Of a DNA stretch of 64,000 bases, positions 1-10,015 are shown piece after piece. The notes below the pieces were generated by a model. It had not been told where the DNA came from. It saw only the letters and a program-made list of their open reading frames with translations, and ran no database searches. The position numbers and the translations under genes are program-made. The stretch covers positions 124,001-188,000 of the IMG/VR virus record IMGVR_UViG_3300036770_007547, one strand, 5' to 3'. The first letter of the stretch is position 1; each line of letters starts with the position of its first letter.

Positions 1-209
1 GTCCAATTGGCTCCTAGATCAGCGCTGTAATATATGGTACCGGTGCCGCCGGGCTCGGCCGATTGTGCCATGGCAAACATGGCACCATCAGAGGTGATGT
101 CTAGTTGCCAACCGCCAGCTGGTGAACTGTTCAATGATCCTACTAGAACAAAGCCGCTGACTATGCCTGTGCCTGGACTATATCCTGCCAAAAGATTATA
201 GATGCTCAT
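1..209 (-). CDS. Partial CDS (runs off the left edge); BNR/Asp-box-containing beta-propeller-like virion protein
   Basis: ATG at 209 overlaps the upstream TAA (TAATG). Manual translation MSIYNLLAGYSPGTG...TIYYSADLGANW is open to the window edge. SxDxGxxW resembles an Asp-box. Confidence 0.6.
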   Translation of the reverse strand, partial: MSIYNLLAGYSPGTGIVSGFVLVGSLNSSPAGGWQLDITSDGAMFAMAQSAEPGGTGTIYYSADLGANW

Positions 210-3200
210 TAACTGAGCCCGCCGCCCGTGATCACAAAAGTGTTGGCGTCGGTACAAAACACTGTGGCCAATCCGTTTTGTGCCAGTGTGCGATTTCCTG
301 AGTTTGTGGTGCCCACTTGATACATGGTCACTCCTGCGTCTGAGATCAACAAAATGTTGCCTTCGCTGCGATTGAATATGGTCACGCTCTGTCCGGCCGA
401 AAACACGCCATTGGGCACCGTGATGTTGGCATTGCTGTTGATGTAGAGACCTGCATCGTTCAAGGTCAAGGTATAATCTTCGTTTTTAGTGGCTGCAGGA
501 ACTGTGCGCAAATCGCCTTTGCTGTCACTGACTGTGTTACCAGTGACTTGCGAGGCTGAAATGTTTCCTGCCGTGATGTTGCTAGTTGCAGCTATGGCAC
601 CTGTTGTGTTGAAGTTGGCAGCGTCTATGTTTCCTGTAAACACACCAATGCCACTGCCAATGTTGCCAATGTTCGCATTACCGGTCACAGTCAGTATACC
701 TGCAGTTGAAACATTGCCAGCAGAGATGTTTGCAGTGGCTTGTATCCCCAAGGTGGTGATCCAAGAGTTGCTGCTGTTGTCAAACAACCAGGTGGCATAT
801 TCTGAGCCCACCGGGCCTACTTTGATTCCTCCGCCGTCGGCCTGGCTGGCGTTGGCTGCATTGTTGGCGAGATTGAAGTCTTTGTCATTGATGGTGACTG
901 TGACTGAATCCACAGTGGTAGTGGTTCCGGTGACCTGCAGATTTCCGGCCACTATCACCAAACCGCTTGACCCTGCTGCGGCTGGATCAATTGTTATGGT
1001 GCCGTCGGCGCTGGTGATGCTGTCACTTGATATAGAGATATTTCCCACTGTGACTGTGTTGGCTTCAACCAAGTTGGCTGCCACATTGGTTGATGTGACA
1101 TTTCCGATCACCGAAGTAAAGTTTCCAAGGTTGGCGTTGACATTGACTGCGATAACAGTGTTTGAGTCAATGGTGGTGGCTTCAATCACTTCGGGCAGTG
1201 CTAGGTTGCCCGAACTGGCATCCAATGTGGTGTTTCCGATTTGTATCACATCGGGCAAAATTAGATTGCCGCCTGAAGCCGAGATGTTGGCCTCGCCCAA
1301 GAAAATTGTAGAATTTGATAGATAGAGATCTCGCCAGCGATTGGTGGCGTTTCCGAGGTCGTAAGTGATATCGCTGCTGGGTATCACATTGCCACTGATG
1401 TTGGCTAGATTGGGCGTTTCTGTGACACTGATACTGGTGGCAGCCTCCATCTCAGCCCATTGATTGGAATCTCCGTCGCTGAAATAGATGAATTGAACAC
1501 CTGTGGCAGTATCAATCCAAATGTCACCCTGACTGGGGCTGGCTGGGGCGGTGCCTGACACAGTGACATTGGCACCAAACTGTATGCCAGTGAGCTGGCT
1601 ACCATTACCAATAAAATAAGACGCGTCAACATTGGCTGTGGTAGTGATGTTGCCAGTGAGGCTGTTGAGATTTCCAGTATACGTGGGTAGATACGCGGCC
1701 ACGTTGGCATTGGAGTAGTTGCTCTCACCACCGCCACCTGCCGAGAATGCCTGGAACGCCTCCATTTCGGCCCATTGGCTCGTGACCCCATCATTGAAAT
1801 AGAGATATTGGATGGCAGTATCACTGTCAATCCATATGTCCCCGATCACAGCATTGGCTGGATATTCGCTCTGCACATAGACGTTGCCTACGTTGATTCC
1901 TGTGAGCTGGCTACCGTTGCCCAGGAAATAGTTGGCAGTGATGTTGCCGGTGGCTGATACCGCACCAAATTCACCGGTAGTGTTTCCTGCACTGTTTCCG
2001 GTGACTATAAACTCGGCGCCCTCGGGCCCGGTGAATGTGATCGAAGTACTGTTGGCCGATATCTGGGCTCCATCTCCCAGATAGATGGTGTTGCCCGAGA
2101 GATAGAGATCTCTCCAACGCAGATTGGTGTTTCCTAGATCATAGGTGATGTCCGCGGCTGGCAACAGATCGCTGCCGACCAAACCAACTTCGATGTTTCC
2201 AGTAACAGTCAGTGTATTGTTGTCAAACGTGAGGTTGGGCGAACTTGCGAGATTGCCCGAAGAGTTGAACTGTATCTCTCCGGTGTTGCCGCTGAGTGTG
2301 GTCTGTATTCCGGTCAGGAAGGCACCGTTGCCCAAAACATAGGCGCCACTGATGTTTCCCGAAGCTGTGATGTGCAAGTTGGCAGTTATGTTGGCGCCGG
2401 CTGTGATACCACCGCGACTCACAAAAAGTCCACCATACGTGGCTATGGGGCCATAATTGATGCTTTCGCCGGCCATCACTGTGATGGTTCCTAGATCTCC
2501 GGTGACATTAGCAGCTTGTGTGACTAGATCATAGTCAACCTCGCTGGGCTCGGCACTGATGATGACCTTGAGATTGGCTGGATCCGAAGAAATGTCAATG
2601 CCTGGTCCGCCCACGAGATTGAGATCGCCGGTGGTGTTGGCCGGCACACTGTTGGCTGTTTCGACATCACCGGGTATTTCTGCACCGGGTATGATGTTGT
2701 TGAAGGCCGAAGTAATGGTGAGACCGGTGAGGAATCTACCATTGGCCAAGATGTATTCGCTGGTGAGATTTCCATTGGCAGTGAGGCCAACTGAATCAAT
2801 GGTCACGATGTTGTTGCCGTTGACGTTGGCTTCGATGTTGCCGTTGGCGTTGACGATGCGCACCAAGCTGTTGCCATTGGCTATCAGCGTGGTGTCAATA
2901 CCGCTGAGGAATCGACCGTTGCCCAGCACAAAGTTGGCAGTGATGTTGCCATCAATTTCTACCAGCTCTGGTGATATGGTCATCACATTGGTGCCGGCCA
3001 CGTTGGCTATGATGTTGCCACCGTTGCTGATCACCTGTACCAAGCTGTTACCGTTGCTGATCAAAGTGGTGTCAATGCCGGTCAAGAGAGCACCGTTGCC
3101 CAAGAAGTAGTCGGCAGACACGTTTCCGGCCACGATGATTTCGTCGGTACTGAGTCCGTCATTGATCTCAACAAACGTGGAATCGTCGGATCTTATGGTG

Positions 3201-4147
3201 TTGACAAAGAGGTTGGTGGCAACAAGATTTCCGGGTGCGTTGGCCGATCCATCGTCGACTATCACCACTTCTTGACCATACAAACGTATGGTGCCATCAT
3301 AGCCCACGTAGTTGTTGGCAGTGACGTTGCCAAATGTGACCAGTCCTGTGGTATTGACTACAACAATGTTGGCTACGCCACCCACCGTGATGTTGGCCAC
3401 ACCGTCTGCTTCGGCCAAAGCCACGTTACTGGTGCCAAACTCGATGCGAGTACCTGCTGCCGCAGCGATGTTTGTGAGGCCGCTACCGTCACCAAAGAAG
3501 AAATTGGCTGTGACGTTGCCGGGGTTGACAAAAACGCCGGTGCCATCGATGTAAGTGAGCTTGCTGCTGGCCGCTAGATTTCCATTGACGTTGTACTGTA
3601 TCTGGCTGTTGCTGCCCGATGCTACCACAGCAATGTCCACGGTCTTGGTGGTGGCATTGCCGGTTATAGAAATGTTGTTGCTGGCCGTGATCGAAAGAGT
3701 GTCGCCCACGGTGTTGGCCAACACTGCGGTGCCATTGGCATAGATGTTGCCAAACGCATAGGCCGAATTCTGTTCAAATATCAGTTCAGTGACGCCCAGG
3801 ATTATGGGGTCGTTGGATACCAGTTTCCACTGCGTGTCTTTGTACACAGTGCCTTCGGTGACCATCACGATCATGCCGGCTTCGATCTCGCCATCCTCGT
3901 TGGCATCCGAACTGCGTACCCAGGTACCATTGCTTCCGGTGCCGGGTATCAGCACACGATAGATACCGTTTTGTTTTTTGTCGGTCTGGCCGTTTACCAG
4001 CACCCGATCGATGTCCAGCAAACTGACACCGTCGACCACCAATGGCGCGCCACCCGATAGGGTGACGTTGGTATCACTCAGGGCTCGTACGCTCTGTTTG
4101 TAGTCCAGATTTAAAATCTGTCCGGCGCGTATCTTGGTAAGACCCAC
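209..4147 (-). CDS. Long tail fibre/appendage-like structural protein (1312 aa)
   Basis: N-terminal KQSVRA...VDGV...DRVLV..Q...QNGIY domain common in phage fibre proteins. Many GNxTAxxFxGNGxxLTGI repeats, plus duplicated YDLGxxxxRWRDLYLS and GDIWIDxxT modules. Confidence 0.7.
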   Translation of the reverse strand: MGLTKIRAGQILNLDYKQSVRALSDTNVTLSGGAPLVVDGVSLLDIDRVLVNGQTDKKQNGIYRVLIPGTGSNGTWVRSSDANEDGEIEAGMIVMVTEGTVYKDTQWKLVSNDPIILGVTELIFEQNSAYAFGNIYANGTAVLANTVGDTLSITASNNISITGNATTKTVDIAVVASGSNSQIQYNVNGNLAASSKLTYIDGTGVFVNPGNVTANFFFGDGSGLTNIAAAAGTRIEFGTSNVALAEADGVANITVGGVANIVVVNTTGLVTFGNVTANNYVGYDGTIRLYGQEVVIVDDGSANAPGNLVATNLFVNTIRSDDSTFVEINDGLSTDEIIVAGNVSADYFLGNGALLTGIDTTLISNGNSLVQVISNGGNIIANVAGTNVMTISPELVEIDGNITANFVLGNGRFLSGIDTTLIANGNSLVRIVNANGNIEANVNGNNIVTIDSVGLTANGNLTSEYILANGRFLTGLTITSAFNNIIPGAEIPGDVETANSVPANTTGDLNLVGGPGIDISSDPANLKVIISAEPSEVDYDLVTQAANVTGDLGTITVMAGESINYGPIATYGGLFVSRGGITAGANITANLHITASGNISGAYVLGNGAFLTGIQTTLSGNTGEIQFNSSGNLASSPNLTFDNNTLTVTGNIEVGLVGSDLLPAADITYDLGNTNLRWRDLYLSGNTIYLGDGAQISANSTSITFTGPEGAEFIVTGNSAGNTTGEFGAVSATGNITANYFLGNGSQLTGINVGNVYVQSEYPANAVIGDIWIDSDTAIQYLYFNDGVTSQWAEMEAFQAFSAGGGGESNYSNANVAAYLPTYTGNLNSLTGNITTTANVDASYFIGNGSQLTGIQFGANVTVSGTAPASPSQGDIWIDTATGVQFIYFSDGDSNQWAEMEAATSISVTETPNLANISGNVIPSSDITYDLGNATNRWRDLYLSNSTIFLGEANISASGGNLILPDVIQIGNTTLDASSGNLALPEVIEATTIDSNTVIAVNVNANLGNFTSVIGNVTSTNVAANLVEANTVTVGNISISSDSITSADGTITIDPAAAGSSGLVIVAGNLQVTGTTTTVDSVTVTINDKDFNLANNAANASQADGGGIKVGPVGSEYATWLFDNSSNSWITTLGIQATANISAGNVSTAGILTVTGNANIGNIGSGIGVFTGNIDAANFNTTGAIAATSNITAGNISASQVTGNTVSDSKGDLRTVPAATKNEDYTLTLNDAGLYINSNANITVPNGVFSAGQSVTIFNRSEGNILLISDAGVTMYQVGTTNSGNRTLAQNGLATVFCTDANTFVITGGGLS

Positions 4148-4152
4148 GGGTG

Positions 4153-7140
4153 TTATCCTATTCTCATGAATTGAATTCTTGTCTTGGTATTTCCTGTACC
4201 GTACACTGTGACCGAGTTGTTGACTTGCCAGGTATAAGTGTCATTGGCCGCGACTGATATGATATCCGTGACGCTGTTCTTGAGCTGAGAGCCATTTGCT
4301 TGATTGTAACGATCGCCAGCCAATCCATTGATACCACCCCAGGCATCGGGATCAGCACTGACATTGTAGGCCACGTTGACTTGATACACACCGGCCTGGC
4401 TGAATGTGAACACACCGGTACCGTCCAAGGTACCAAAACTGCTGCCTTGGCTGAAATAGGGTGTGGTATTAAATGTCACGTTACCGGTACCGGTGACGTC
4501 GCTGTCTTTCTGGAAACCCAGCACACTGAACACAACAGTACCATTGTAGTAGTCGGCAGTGATGTTGCCCTGTGCTATCACATTGCCGGATATGTTGGTG
4601 TACTCGCCGGTGATGTCTACGTTGGCCACCAGTTCATCAACAGCAACGATGGCGTTGGCCGGAGTGTTCGAGATCCTGACCACGTCAGTGGTGGTGGTCA
4701 ACAAACGTGCATCAATGAAATCACTGGCTTCAGGCGGTTCAGTGAATGTCAGCACATTTCCAGACACTGAATAAGCAGTGGTGGGTATTTGTACCACACC
4801 GTTGATAGATACAATCACCGATGCAGTGGTAGCATCTTGGCTCAACACGAATGCCACCGTGGATCCGTCACCGTTGAACGAGTCTGCTGTGACAATGGTG
4901 ATGTCTTCTTTGGTTTGGTTCCAAGAGTCGTTGTCGTAGTATTCTAGGTCGTTGATGGTGGTGTTGAAACGTATCATACCTTGCACAGGACTGGCAGGTC
5001 TCTGTGCAGTGTTGCCCACTGGTAACAACAAAGAATCCGTGGTACCAATCTTTAAACTGGCGCCCGAAGTAACTGTGGCAGATCCAACGATGACTGCATC
5101 ACTGCCAGCATCAACCACCAGCATGTTGGCATTGTTGTCGCTGGCCACGCGGAAATCAACATCAGCACCGGCATTGTTTATGACAACTATGCCGTCGGTG
5201 CTGGTTATGTCATTGCCGCTGATCACGATGTTGCCAATGTTGGCCTGTGTGTTGGCCTGCACTATGTTGCCTATGATGTTGCCGCTGGCATCAATGTCTG
5301 AAGCTGTGACAAAACTGTTGGCATTGACGTTGGCTGCCAATACGTTGCCTGACGCCGTGACTGTGGCTGTGCTCACATCTGATGTGATCACTGCATTGTT
5401 GGCATTGACGTTGGCAGTGGCAGTGAGCGTGGTGGTTGTTACATTTGTGTTGGCATTGACGTTGGCGGCCAGGATATTGCCCGAAGCTGTGACTGTGGCT
5501 GTGCTCACATCTGATGTGATCACTGCATTGTTGGCATTGACGTTGGCAGTGGCAGTGAGCGTGGTGGTTGTTACATTTGTGTTGGCATTGAGATTGGCCA
5601 CCGTGACATTGCCTGACACATTGGCTGTTTCTAACCAAGCGTTGCCAGCTTCCAAAGTTCCATATTCAACGATGGTGACCACATCATTGGCCACCGTGAC
5701 GTTGCTGGCCAACACCATGTTTGCTGAACTGTTGATCCAGCCCATGAATGCTGCTTGTTGCTGCGTGTTGGTTGTGCTGTAATACACCAGTTCGGTGCCG
5801 CGATCTTTGCCATCATTGGTGGTCAAGACATTGCCGTTTGGACCGGTACCCAACATGATGATGGGATCTTCTACTCGCAAGTCATCGATGTTGATGTAGG
5901 TGAGATTGCCTTGTACTGTGAGGTTACCAGAGATCAAAGCATCGCCGGTTATGTCCAGTGTATTTCCGTACAATCCGCTGTTGGCAATCACGTTTGCAGC
6001 CGTGATGTTTCCTGATGCTACCACAGTGGTGGTATCAACCACACCGTTGGCGATGATATTTGCGGCAGTGACATTGCCAGTGGCCGAAACATAGCCCGTG
6101 ACTTCAATACCAGTCTCGCTGACTGCGGCTACCACATTACTGGTGTCGGTGCCACCCACCATGAGTTTGATGTAGGTACCGGTGGTTTCAGGATTGAGGA
6201 TTAGATTTCCACCATGATTGTGTAGGTATGAATCGTGGGCATAAAATCCCGGATAATCTACAGGATCATCGTATGTGCTGCTGTTGATACCAAGATTAAC
6301 ATAATAGTTGTCGTCGTCGCCATCATCAGCCGTAGCCACATAGTCTGTGGATGCTAGATTGCCTGCGTTGATGTTCTGGAAGTTGACTTGGCTGTAAGCG
6401 TTGACATTGCCACTAAACTGTACCACATGATCGCTGCCCAGCGGTGTGTAATTGGCCACACCGGCATAGAGAGCGTTGTTGCCAGTGGGGTCATCGCCCA
6501 AGAAAATACCTGTGAGACCTTGGAAGATAGAGTTGGGAGCGTCGATGTTGCCGCCGATGTAGATGTCGTTGGTGATGTTGGCAGCATTGGCTGTGATCAG
6601 CTCAGTGGCATTGATGTTGTTGCCATCGATGTTGGCGATGGCGATGAGATTGCCAGCAGATAGATTGCCGGTGACCGAAAAGTTTCCAAGTATATTACCA
6701 CTGAAGGTGATGTTGCCGGTGATGTTGGCATCCACTGCTGTGAGATTGGCCACACGGAGATCTGCATAGCTGTTGATGGTGACCGTGGTATTGGTGAGAT
6801 AGTCGGAGGTGTAGATCGTGGCAAATTCAGAATTGCTTTCGTCCCAGACAAACCCTATGTTGAGTTCGGTACCACGTGCACCAATGAATCCAATGTCAAG
6901 GCTGGGCGATCCAACTTGATCTTTGGCCAGGAGAATGATGGGATCTTCTACCACGAGATCGTGGCTGTCGATCGATGTCACATTGCCTTGTACAGTGAGA
7001 TTTCCGCTGACCGTAAGGTCGCTGCCGTACACGAGATTGTTGGCAATTTTCCCGGATGTGATCGAATAATCCAGCAGTTTTGCGGCTGCATTGACCGTCA
7101 GATCAGTGATCTGATTGTTTTTGATACGGGTAACCGCCAT
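4153..7140 (-). CDS. Fibre/appendage-like structural protein (995 aa)
   Basis: N/G/T/V-rich beta-repeat composition. GNLTVQG...VEDPII module occurs twice. C-terminal LPVG..AQRP...GMIRFNT and GDGSTxxF...NGVVQ domains. Confidence 0.65.
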   Translation of the reverse strand: MAVTRIKNNQITDLTVNAAAKLLDYSITSGKIANNLVYGSDLTVSGNLTVQGNVTSIDSHDLVVEDPIILLAKDQVGSPSLDIGFIGARGTELNIGFVWDESNSEFATIYTSDYLTNTTVTINSYADLRVANLTAVDANITGNITFSGNILGNFSVTGNLSAGNLIAIANIDGNNINATELITANAANITNDIYIGGNIDAPNSIFQGLTGIFLGDDPTGNNALYAGVANYTPLGSDHVVQFSGNVNAYSQVNFQNINAGNLASTDYVATADDGDDDNYYVNLGINSSTYDDPVDYPGFYAHDSYLHNHGGNLILNPETTGTYIKLMVGGTDTSNVVAAVSETGIEVTGYVSATGNVTAANIIANGVVDTTTVVASGNITAANVIANSGLYGNTLDITGDALISGNLTVQGNLTYINIDDLRVEDPIIMLGTGPNGNVLTTNDGKDRGTELVYYSTTNTQQQAAFMGWINSSANMVLASNVTVANDVVTIVEYGTLEAGNAWLETANVSGNVTVANLNANTNVTTTTLTATANVNANNAVITSDVSTATVTASGNILAANVNANTNVTTTTLTATANVNANNAVITSDVSTATVTASGNVLAANVNANSFVTASDIDASGNIIGNIVQANTQANIGNIVISGNDITSTDGIVVINNAGADVDFRVASDNNANMLVVDAGSDAVIVGSATVTSGASLKIGTTDSLLLPVGNTAQRPASPVQGMIRFNTTINDLEYYDNDSWNQTKEDITIVTADSFNGDGSTVAFVLSQDATTASVIVSINGVVQIPTTAYSVSGNVLTFTEPPEASDFIDARLLTTTTDVVRISNTPANAIVAVDELVANVDITGEYTNISGNVIAQGNITADYYNGTVVFSVLGFQKDSDVTGTGNVTFNTTPYFSQGSSFGTLDGTGVFTFSQAGVYQVNVAYNVSADPDAWGGINGLAGDRYNQANGSQLKNSVTDIISVAANDTYTWQVNNSVTVYGTGNTKTRIQFMRIG
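5357..5591. repeat. Intragenic tandem duplication, 132-bp period, 103 bp identical
   Basis: 5357-5459 is identical to 5489-5591 and encodes a 44-aa repeat (NANTNVTTTTLTATANVNANNAVITSDVSTATVT). Confidence 0.9.
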
Positions 7141-7163
7141 CCATGTTCTCCTAGTTCTCGGAG

Positions 7164-7170
7164 TATTTAT
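7164..7170 (-). promoter_or_regulatory. T4-like late promoter (ATAAATA)
   Basis: ATAAATA followed by a GGAG Shine-Dalgarno upstream of the ATG at 7140. Confidence 0.7.
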
Positions 7171-7193
7171 TCTTGCACGCTACCAAAAAAGCG

Positions 7194-7937
7194 TTACAAG
7201 AATCGGACGTCAATGATGTCAGTGGATAGCGGTACCTCTGCAAAAGTGATGCTGTTGCCAGTCACTGTATAGGCCACCGTGGGCAACTGCACCACACCGT
7301 TGACTGCCACCAACGTCGCTGCTGATGTGCTGTCACGGTCTAACGTAAACGTGTTTGCTACCCCATCCGGGGTGATAATCTGTCCGGTAACTCCTGATAC
7401 CACACTATCCCACTCGGTGCCATCATAAACTTCTAAACGCACGTCATCGGTGTTGAATCTCACTGTTCCCACCACCGGGGACGCTGGCCTTTGACTGGTA
7501 TCGCCCACGGGCAACACCAATCCCGAAGTGGTGTCTATGAAAACTTCGGAGTTGCTGGTGGGCTGCAAAGTAATATTTGCTGGACTGTATGTGGGGTATA
7601 TGGTGGTGTCATCGATACTGATGTTTCCCAAGCGATTGCCCACTGCACCGGCTTCAAAATCTACATAATATTTTGTGGCTGCATCACTGTTGGCCACTGG
7701 ATCAGACAAGTTGTTGATGTAGACGTTACCGGCATCCACGTTGCCGGAATAATAGATGGTGACATTGCCCGAGCGCACATTGCCAACAACATCAAAATCA
7801 GTGGTGGGAGTGCTGTTGAGTATACCGACGCGATTGTTTTGTACATCAAAATAGATGAGATTGCCCTGCACTGCGAGGTTGTCGCCGCGCACTAGATTGT
7901 CTTGCAGTATGTTGCCCGATATGCGATTGATTGCCAT
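7194..7937 (-). CDS. Virion structural protein, paralogous to the C-terminus of the 995-aa protein
   Basis: LVLPVGDTSQRPASPVVGTVRFNT and NGVVQLPTVAYTVTGNSITF motifs, plus a DAATKYYVD fibre motif. Confidence 0.65.
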   Translation of the reverse strand: MAINRISGNILQDNLVRGDNLAVQGNLIYFDVQNNRVGILNSTPTTDFDVVGNVRSGNVTIYYSGNVDAGNVYINNLSDPVANSDAATKYYVDFEAGAVGNRLGNISIDDTTIYPTYSPANITLQPTSNSEVFIDTTSGLVLPVGDTSQRPASPVVGTVRFNTDDVRLEVYDGTEWDSVVSGVTGQIITPDGVANTFTLDRDSTSAATLVAVNGVVQLPTVAYTVTGNSITFAEVPLSTDIIDVRFL

Positions 7938-7955
7938 GCTGGATCCCTGTCCAGA

Positions 7956-7962
7956 TATTTAT
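7956..7962 (-). promoter_or_regulatory. T4-like late promoter (ATAAATA)
   Basis: Overlaps the upstream TGA and lies 18 nt before the ATG at 7937. Confidence 0.65.
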
Positions 7963-8369
7963 CAGACGTCGATCAAGCGCGAGTGTATCACAGAGATAGG
8001 GTCACCGTCGGGCGGGGCTGAAGTAAACGTGATGTCGTATCCACCGTCCACTGTGTAAGCACTGGTGCTGTCTTGATAGATCGATCCCACAAACACCAAT
8101 ATAGCCGAAGCTGCGCTTTCTTGTATGCTCATGGTAAACACTGTGGTACTACCATCTCCGGTAAAGCTGTCGATGGTGTAAGTGACATCGTTGGCTGTGG
8201 TAATGGGTATAAAACTGGTACCGTTGAAGAATTCCAGCTTGGCTATGTCGGTGTTGAATCTAAACTGCCCAAACACCGGAGCCAACGGTCGCTCGGCAGC
8301 CGATCCACCGGGAACTACCACCGATGTCGAGCCAGATTCAAGTATGCGATTTTTGGTAAAATTGCCCAT
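7962..8369 (-). CDS. Small virion structural protein (same two-domain family)
   Basis: VPGGSAAERP...GQFRFNT and DSFTGDGSTTVF...ITFTSAP motifs. Confidence 0.65.
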   Translation of the reverse strand: MGNFTKNRILESGSTSVVVPGGSAAERPLAPVFGQFRFNTDIAKLEFFNGTSFIPITTANDVTYTIDSFTGDGSTTVFTMSIQESAASAILVFVGSIYQDSTSAYTVDGGYDITFTSAPPDGDPISVIHSRLIDV

Positions 8370-8686
8370 TAGATTGCGATCGAGCTCACTGTGACCGTGA
8401 TAGAGTTGGACACATTTGCTTCCACTTCCATGTAGTCGTCGCTGCCCAGCACCAACTTTTCCGTGTTCATCACATAGGTATCATGTGCTGTGACTTCAAG
8501 ATCGCTGTAAATGGTGTTGAGATCGCTGCCGCCCGAGCTGCCATCATCGGCAATGAGGTACACTTGCACTGTCACTGGATTGGCAGTGGTATTGCAAATG
8601 TACACGGTGGTGATAGCAGTGTCTTCGGCGGCACGGAAAACTTCGGTGCTGTCGGTTGTGGTGAGTCGTGTGTTGGTTATGGCCAT
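8369..8686 (-). CDS. Hypothetical small beta-rich virion protein (105 aa)
   Basis: ORF coupled to both neighbours in the late operon, with an AAGGA SD. Confidence 0.65.
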   Translation of the reverse strand: MAITNTRLTTTDSTEVFRAAEDTAITTVYICNTTANPVTVQVYLIADDGSSGGSDLNTIYSDLEVTAHDTYVMNTEKLVLGSDDYMEVEANVSNSITVTVSSIAI

Positions 8687-8695
8687 CTTGATTCC

Positions 8696-9382
8696 TTACA
8701 GTATGAGGCTGTAAACCACAGCCTTGCGTTTGCTTATCAATTCTTCGTTGCGTGCATCATCCAAAGCATAGAGTCCAGTCTCGCCAGCGCCCACTGTGTT
8801 GTGATACAGTGCCACCGAATTGGCCACAGCCGTGGGTGCTGCTCCTAGATTTCCAAACACAGCATGCCCTTGCAGTGCAAGCTGGTTGATACTCTTGTCA
8901 AACACTAGATTGGCCGATGCATCAAAGTTACCACCAGTGTTGAATTGTACTTGTGTGTTGGATCCCGCAGCGTTCCGTACCACGCTGCCAGTGACTAGAT
9001 TTCCCCAGGATCCACTGTTGCCGTAGACATTGGTGTCAATGCTGATCTGCCATTCGCCTGACAGATTGTCGTATCTCAATCCAGCAAAAGTGGTACTGGT
9101 TTTGTGCGTGAGTATGCCACTGTTGGATGCGTATGTTCCGGTGTTGGAACTGTTGAGCAAAATGAACGGGTCACGGATGTTGAGTTCTTCCACGTTGATG
9201 TACGTGACATTACCGCCAACGTTCAAGTTACCAGCGATGTCGACGTTGCCGATGCCACCATCGTTGGTGTTGATCTCTAGATTACCGCAGTTGATGATGA
9301 CGTTGCCGGTGTAGGTAACACCATCGGGTTCTAGAGTGTTTTCAATGGTGTAATCGCCATCAACTCGCTTGTAAGAAGCCAT
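8696..9382 (-). CDS. Fibre-like structural protein (228 aa)
   Basis: GNLNVGGNVTYINVEELNIRDPFILLN and GSNTQVQFN motifs are shared with the neighbouring fibre proteins. Confidence 0.65.
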   Translation of the reverse strand: MASYKRVDGDYTIENTLEPDGVTYTGNVIINCGNLEINTNDGGIGNVDIAGNLNVGGNVTYINVEELNIRDPFILLNSSNTGTYASNSGILTHKTSTTFAGLRYDNLSGEWQISIDTNVYGNSGSWGNLVTGSVVRNAAGSNTQVQFNTGGNFDASANLVFDKSINQLALQGHAVFGNLGAAPTAVANSVALYHNTVGAGETGLYALDDARNEELISKRKAVVYSLIL

Positions 9383-9967
9383 TTATAGATCCTTTCCAGT
9401 ATTTATACGTTCCAAAAAAGACTCGATTGGCAGATGAGAGATGTTTGATACACGATCCAGATCTAGATGTCGTGCTGTGGTAGGACCTTGCACACGCACA
9501 AATTCTCGATCTGGAAAATCATTGGCCACACGCACCAACTGGCGTATCCAGTTTCCGGTGTAAGTTGGTGCGGCACCTTGTGGTTTGTAGTTGTCGGTAC
9601 CAGCATACAAATTGTTGAACTTGCCGTCTTGGTTGGGCCCAAGATCAAATCCCAAGAGATAGATGCGTCGATGACGATCTTGCGCAGCTATGGCCACAGC
9701 GATGGGGCCTGAACTGAATCCAAAATAGGGTTTTGGCACTGGCTCAGCTCCGAGATCGGGCAAGGGGCGTCGTGTGTAAAATCTATTTTCTCGACTGTAT
9801 CCACTTTCTTGTATGACTCGGGCGATGGGGTGATCTGTGGCTATCAGGGCTGTGACTCGATGTGTGCGATACAAGGCGTTGCACCCATACACCCGGCCAA
9901 GAGTCATGAGATGGTCAATGTCGATGTTTTCACGGCTCACGCCGTTGCCTAACACAAATGCTGTCAT
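9383..9967 (-). CDS. Maf/DUF115-like (GT42/GT29-type Rossmann fold) glycosyltransferase-like protein
   Basis: AFVLGNGxS, YGCNALYR, FSSGPIA and IYLLGFD motifs are typical of this superfamily. Confidence 0.6.
   Translation of the reverse strand: MTAFVLGNGVSRENIDIDHLMTLGRVYGCNALYRTHRVTALIATDHPIARVIQESGYSRENRFYTRRPLPDLGAEPVPKPYFGFSSGPIAVAIAAQDRHRRIYLLGFDLGPNQDGKFNNLYAGTDNYKPQGAAPTYTGNWIRQLVRVANDFPDREFVRVQGPTTARHLDLDRVSNISHLPIESFLERINTGKDL
9400..9407 (-). promoter_or_regulatory. T4 late promoter, perfect TATAAATA
   Basis: Exact consensus 17 nt upstream of the ATG at 9382. Confidence 0.75.
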
Positions 9968-9999
9968 AGAAAATCCTCCCTGTATGTAGCAGGGAGGAT
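9968..9999 (-). terminator. Hairpin terminator / RBS-sequestering stem
   Basis: 10-bp perfect stem ATCCTCCCTG-N7-CAGGGAGGAT followed by TTTCT and then the ATG. Confidence 0.6.
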
Positions 10000-10015
10000 C
10001 CAGAGCACAACAGAA

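Noticed and set aside
489-6769. Numerous plus-strand ORFs (e.g. 489-1325, 4952-5782)
   Set aside because: Antisense shadows of repetitive fibre genes, caused by codon bias.
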